Below, piece by piece: positions 48,442 through 51,148 of a stretch of DNA of 51,148 nucleotides (position 1 is the first letter of the stretch; each line of letters starts with the position of its first letter). Below the pieces are notes generated by a model. The model was not told where the DNA came from. It saw nothing but the letters and a program-made list of their open reading frames with translations, and did no database searches. Source of the stretch: Tubiluchus corallicola (lineage: Eukaryota; Animalia; Priapulida). The position numbers were made by a program, and so were the translations under genes. The stretch is from contig JAQGDQ010000916.1 of the NCBI GenBank assembly GCA_030141605.1, positions 29,553-80,700 of the forward strand, in the 5' to 3' direction.

Positions 48442-51148
48442 CGTCACATTTTACACAACAACAATAACATTGATATTGTCTAGGAACTCACGTCACTGAA
48501 CAAACAAACGTCACATTTTACACAACAACAATAACATTGATATTGTCTAGGAACTCACGTCACTGAACAAACAAACGTCACATTTTACATGACAACAACA
48601 ATAACATTGATATTGTCTAGGAACTCACGTCACTGAACAAATAAACGTCACATTTTACACAACAACAATAACATTGATATTGTCTAGGAACTCACGTCAC
48701 TGAACAAATAAACGTCACATTTTACATGACAACAATAACATTGATATTGTCTAGGAATTCACGTCACTGAACAAATAAACGTCACATTTTACACAACAAC
48801 AATAACATTGATATTGTCTAGGAATTCACGTCACTGAACAAATAAACGTCACATTTTACACAACAACAATAACATTGATATTGTCTAGGAACTCACGTCA
48901 CTGAACAAATAAACGTCACATTTTACACAACAACAATAACATTGATATTGTCTAGGAACTCACGTCACTGAACAAATAAACGTCACATTTTACACAACAA
49001 CAATAACATTGATATTGTCTAGGAACTCACGTCACTGAACAAATAAACGTCACATTTTACACAACAACAATAACATTGATATTGTCTAGGAACTCACGTC
49101 ACTGAACAAATAAACGTCACATTTTACATGACAACAATAACATTGATATTGTCTAGGAACTCACGTCACTGAACAAATAAACGTCACATTTTACATGACA
49201 ACAACAACAATGATATTGTCTAGGAACTCGCATCGCTGAACAAATAAACGTCACATTTTACACAACAACAATAACATTGATATTGTCTAGGAACTCACGT
49301 CACTGAACAAATAAACGTCACATTTTACACGACAACAATAACATTGATATTGTCTAGGAACTCACGTCACTGAACAAATAAACGTCACATTTTACATGAC
49401 AACAATAACATTGATATTGTCTAGGAACTCACGTCACTGAACAAATAAACGTCACATTTTACACAACAACAATAACATTGATATTGTCTAGGAACTCACG
49501 TCACTGAACAAATAAACGTCACATTTTACACAACAACAATAACATTGATATTGTCTAGGAATTCACGTCACTGAACAAATAAACGTCACATTTTACATGA
49601 CAACAACAATAACATTGATATTGTCTAGGAACTCACGTCACTGAACAAATAAACGTCACATTTTACACAACAACAATAACATTGATATTGTCTAGGAACT
49701 CACGTCACTGAACAAATAAACTTCACATTTTACACAACAACAATAACATTGATATTGTCTAGGAATTCACGTCACTGAACAAATAAACGTCACATTTTAC
49801 ATGACAACAATAACATTGATATTGTCTAGGAATTCACGTCACTGAACAAATAAACGTCACATTTTACACAACAACAATAACATTGATATTGTCTAGGAAT
49901 TCACGTCACTGAACAAATAAACGTCACATTTTACATGACAACAATAACATTGATATTGTCTAGGAATTCACGTCACTGAACAAATAAACGTCACATTTTA
50001 CACAACAACAATAACATTGATATTGTCTAGGAATTCACGTCACTGAACAAATAAACGTCACATTTTACACAACAACAATAACATTGATATTGTCTAGGAA
50101 TTCACGTCACTGAACAAATAAACGTCACATTTTACATGACAACAACAATAACATTGATATTGTCTAGGAACTCACGTCACTGAACAAATAAACGTCACAT
50201 TTTACACGACAACAATAACATTGATATTGTCTAGGAACTCACGTCACTGAACAAATAAACGTCACATTTTACATGACAACAACAACAACATTGATATTGT
50301 CTAGGAACAACAACAAAGTCACATTTTACATGACAACAACAACAACATTGATATTGTCTAGGAACTCACGTCACTGAACAAATAAACTTCACATTTTACA
50401 TGACAACAATAACATTGATATTGTCTAGGAACTCACGTCACTGAACAAATAAACGTCACATTTTACACAACAACAATAACATTGATATTGTCTAGGAACT
50501 CACGTCACTGAACAAACAAACGTCACATTTTACACAACAACAACAACATTGATATTGTCTAGGAACTCACGTCACTGAACAAACAAACGTCACATTTTAC
50601 ACAACAACAATAACATTGATATTGTCTAGGAACTCACGTCACTGAACAAATAAACGTCACATTTTACATGACAACAACAATAACATTGATATTGTCTAGG
50701 AACTCACGTCACTGAACAAATAAACGTCACATTTTACGCAACAACAATAACATTGATATTGTCTAGGAACTCACGTCACTGAACAAATAAACGTCACATT
50801 TTACATGACAACAACAATAACATTGATATTGTCTAGGAACTCACGTCACTGAACAAATAAACTTCACATTTTACATGACAACAATAACATTGATATTGTC
50901 TAGGAACTCACGTCACTGAACAAATAAACGTCACATTTTACATGACAACAACAATAACATTGATATTGTCTAGGAACTCACGTCACTGAACAAATAAACG
51001 TCACATTTTACACAACAACAATAACATTGATATTGTCTAGGAACTCACGTCACTGAACAAATAAACGTCACATTTTACATGACAACAACAATAACATTGA
51101 TATTGTCTAGGAACTCACGTCACTGAACAAATAAACGTCACATTTTAC
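48442..51148. repeat. 67/70-bp satellite array (~40 copies, runs off window)
   Basis: Unit cgtcacattttacacaacaacaataacattgatattgtctaggaactcacgtcactgaacaaataaa. Confidence 0.97.

Overview
AT-rich, repeat-dense genomic DNA from an invertebrate-like metazoan (GT-AG introns, interstitial TTAGGG); nothing here looks prokaryotic. Manual splicing with phase checks supports three genes. (1) The 3' end of a + strand Cys-rich gene with two paralogous terminal exons (2266-2391 and 4398-4481). (2) A - strand single-pass CUB-domain receptor-like gene (7 coding exons, 23809->8291, about 580 aa) with a Tyr-motif cytoplasmic tail. (3) A divergently transcribed + strand golgin-160/GOLGA3 homologue (14 phase-consistent exons from 28402 to 48061, continuing past the window). 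Introns hold hAT-, Tc1/mariner-, piggyBac- and Kolobok-like MITEs, a foldback element, a solo LTR, LINE 3' ends, tRNA-like SINE heads and many locus-specific mini/microsatellites. The most striking pattern is that several tandem arrays and short duplications copy the actual splice junctions, creating decoy donors and acceptors. Family assignments come from motif recognition and memory, not from database searches.
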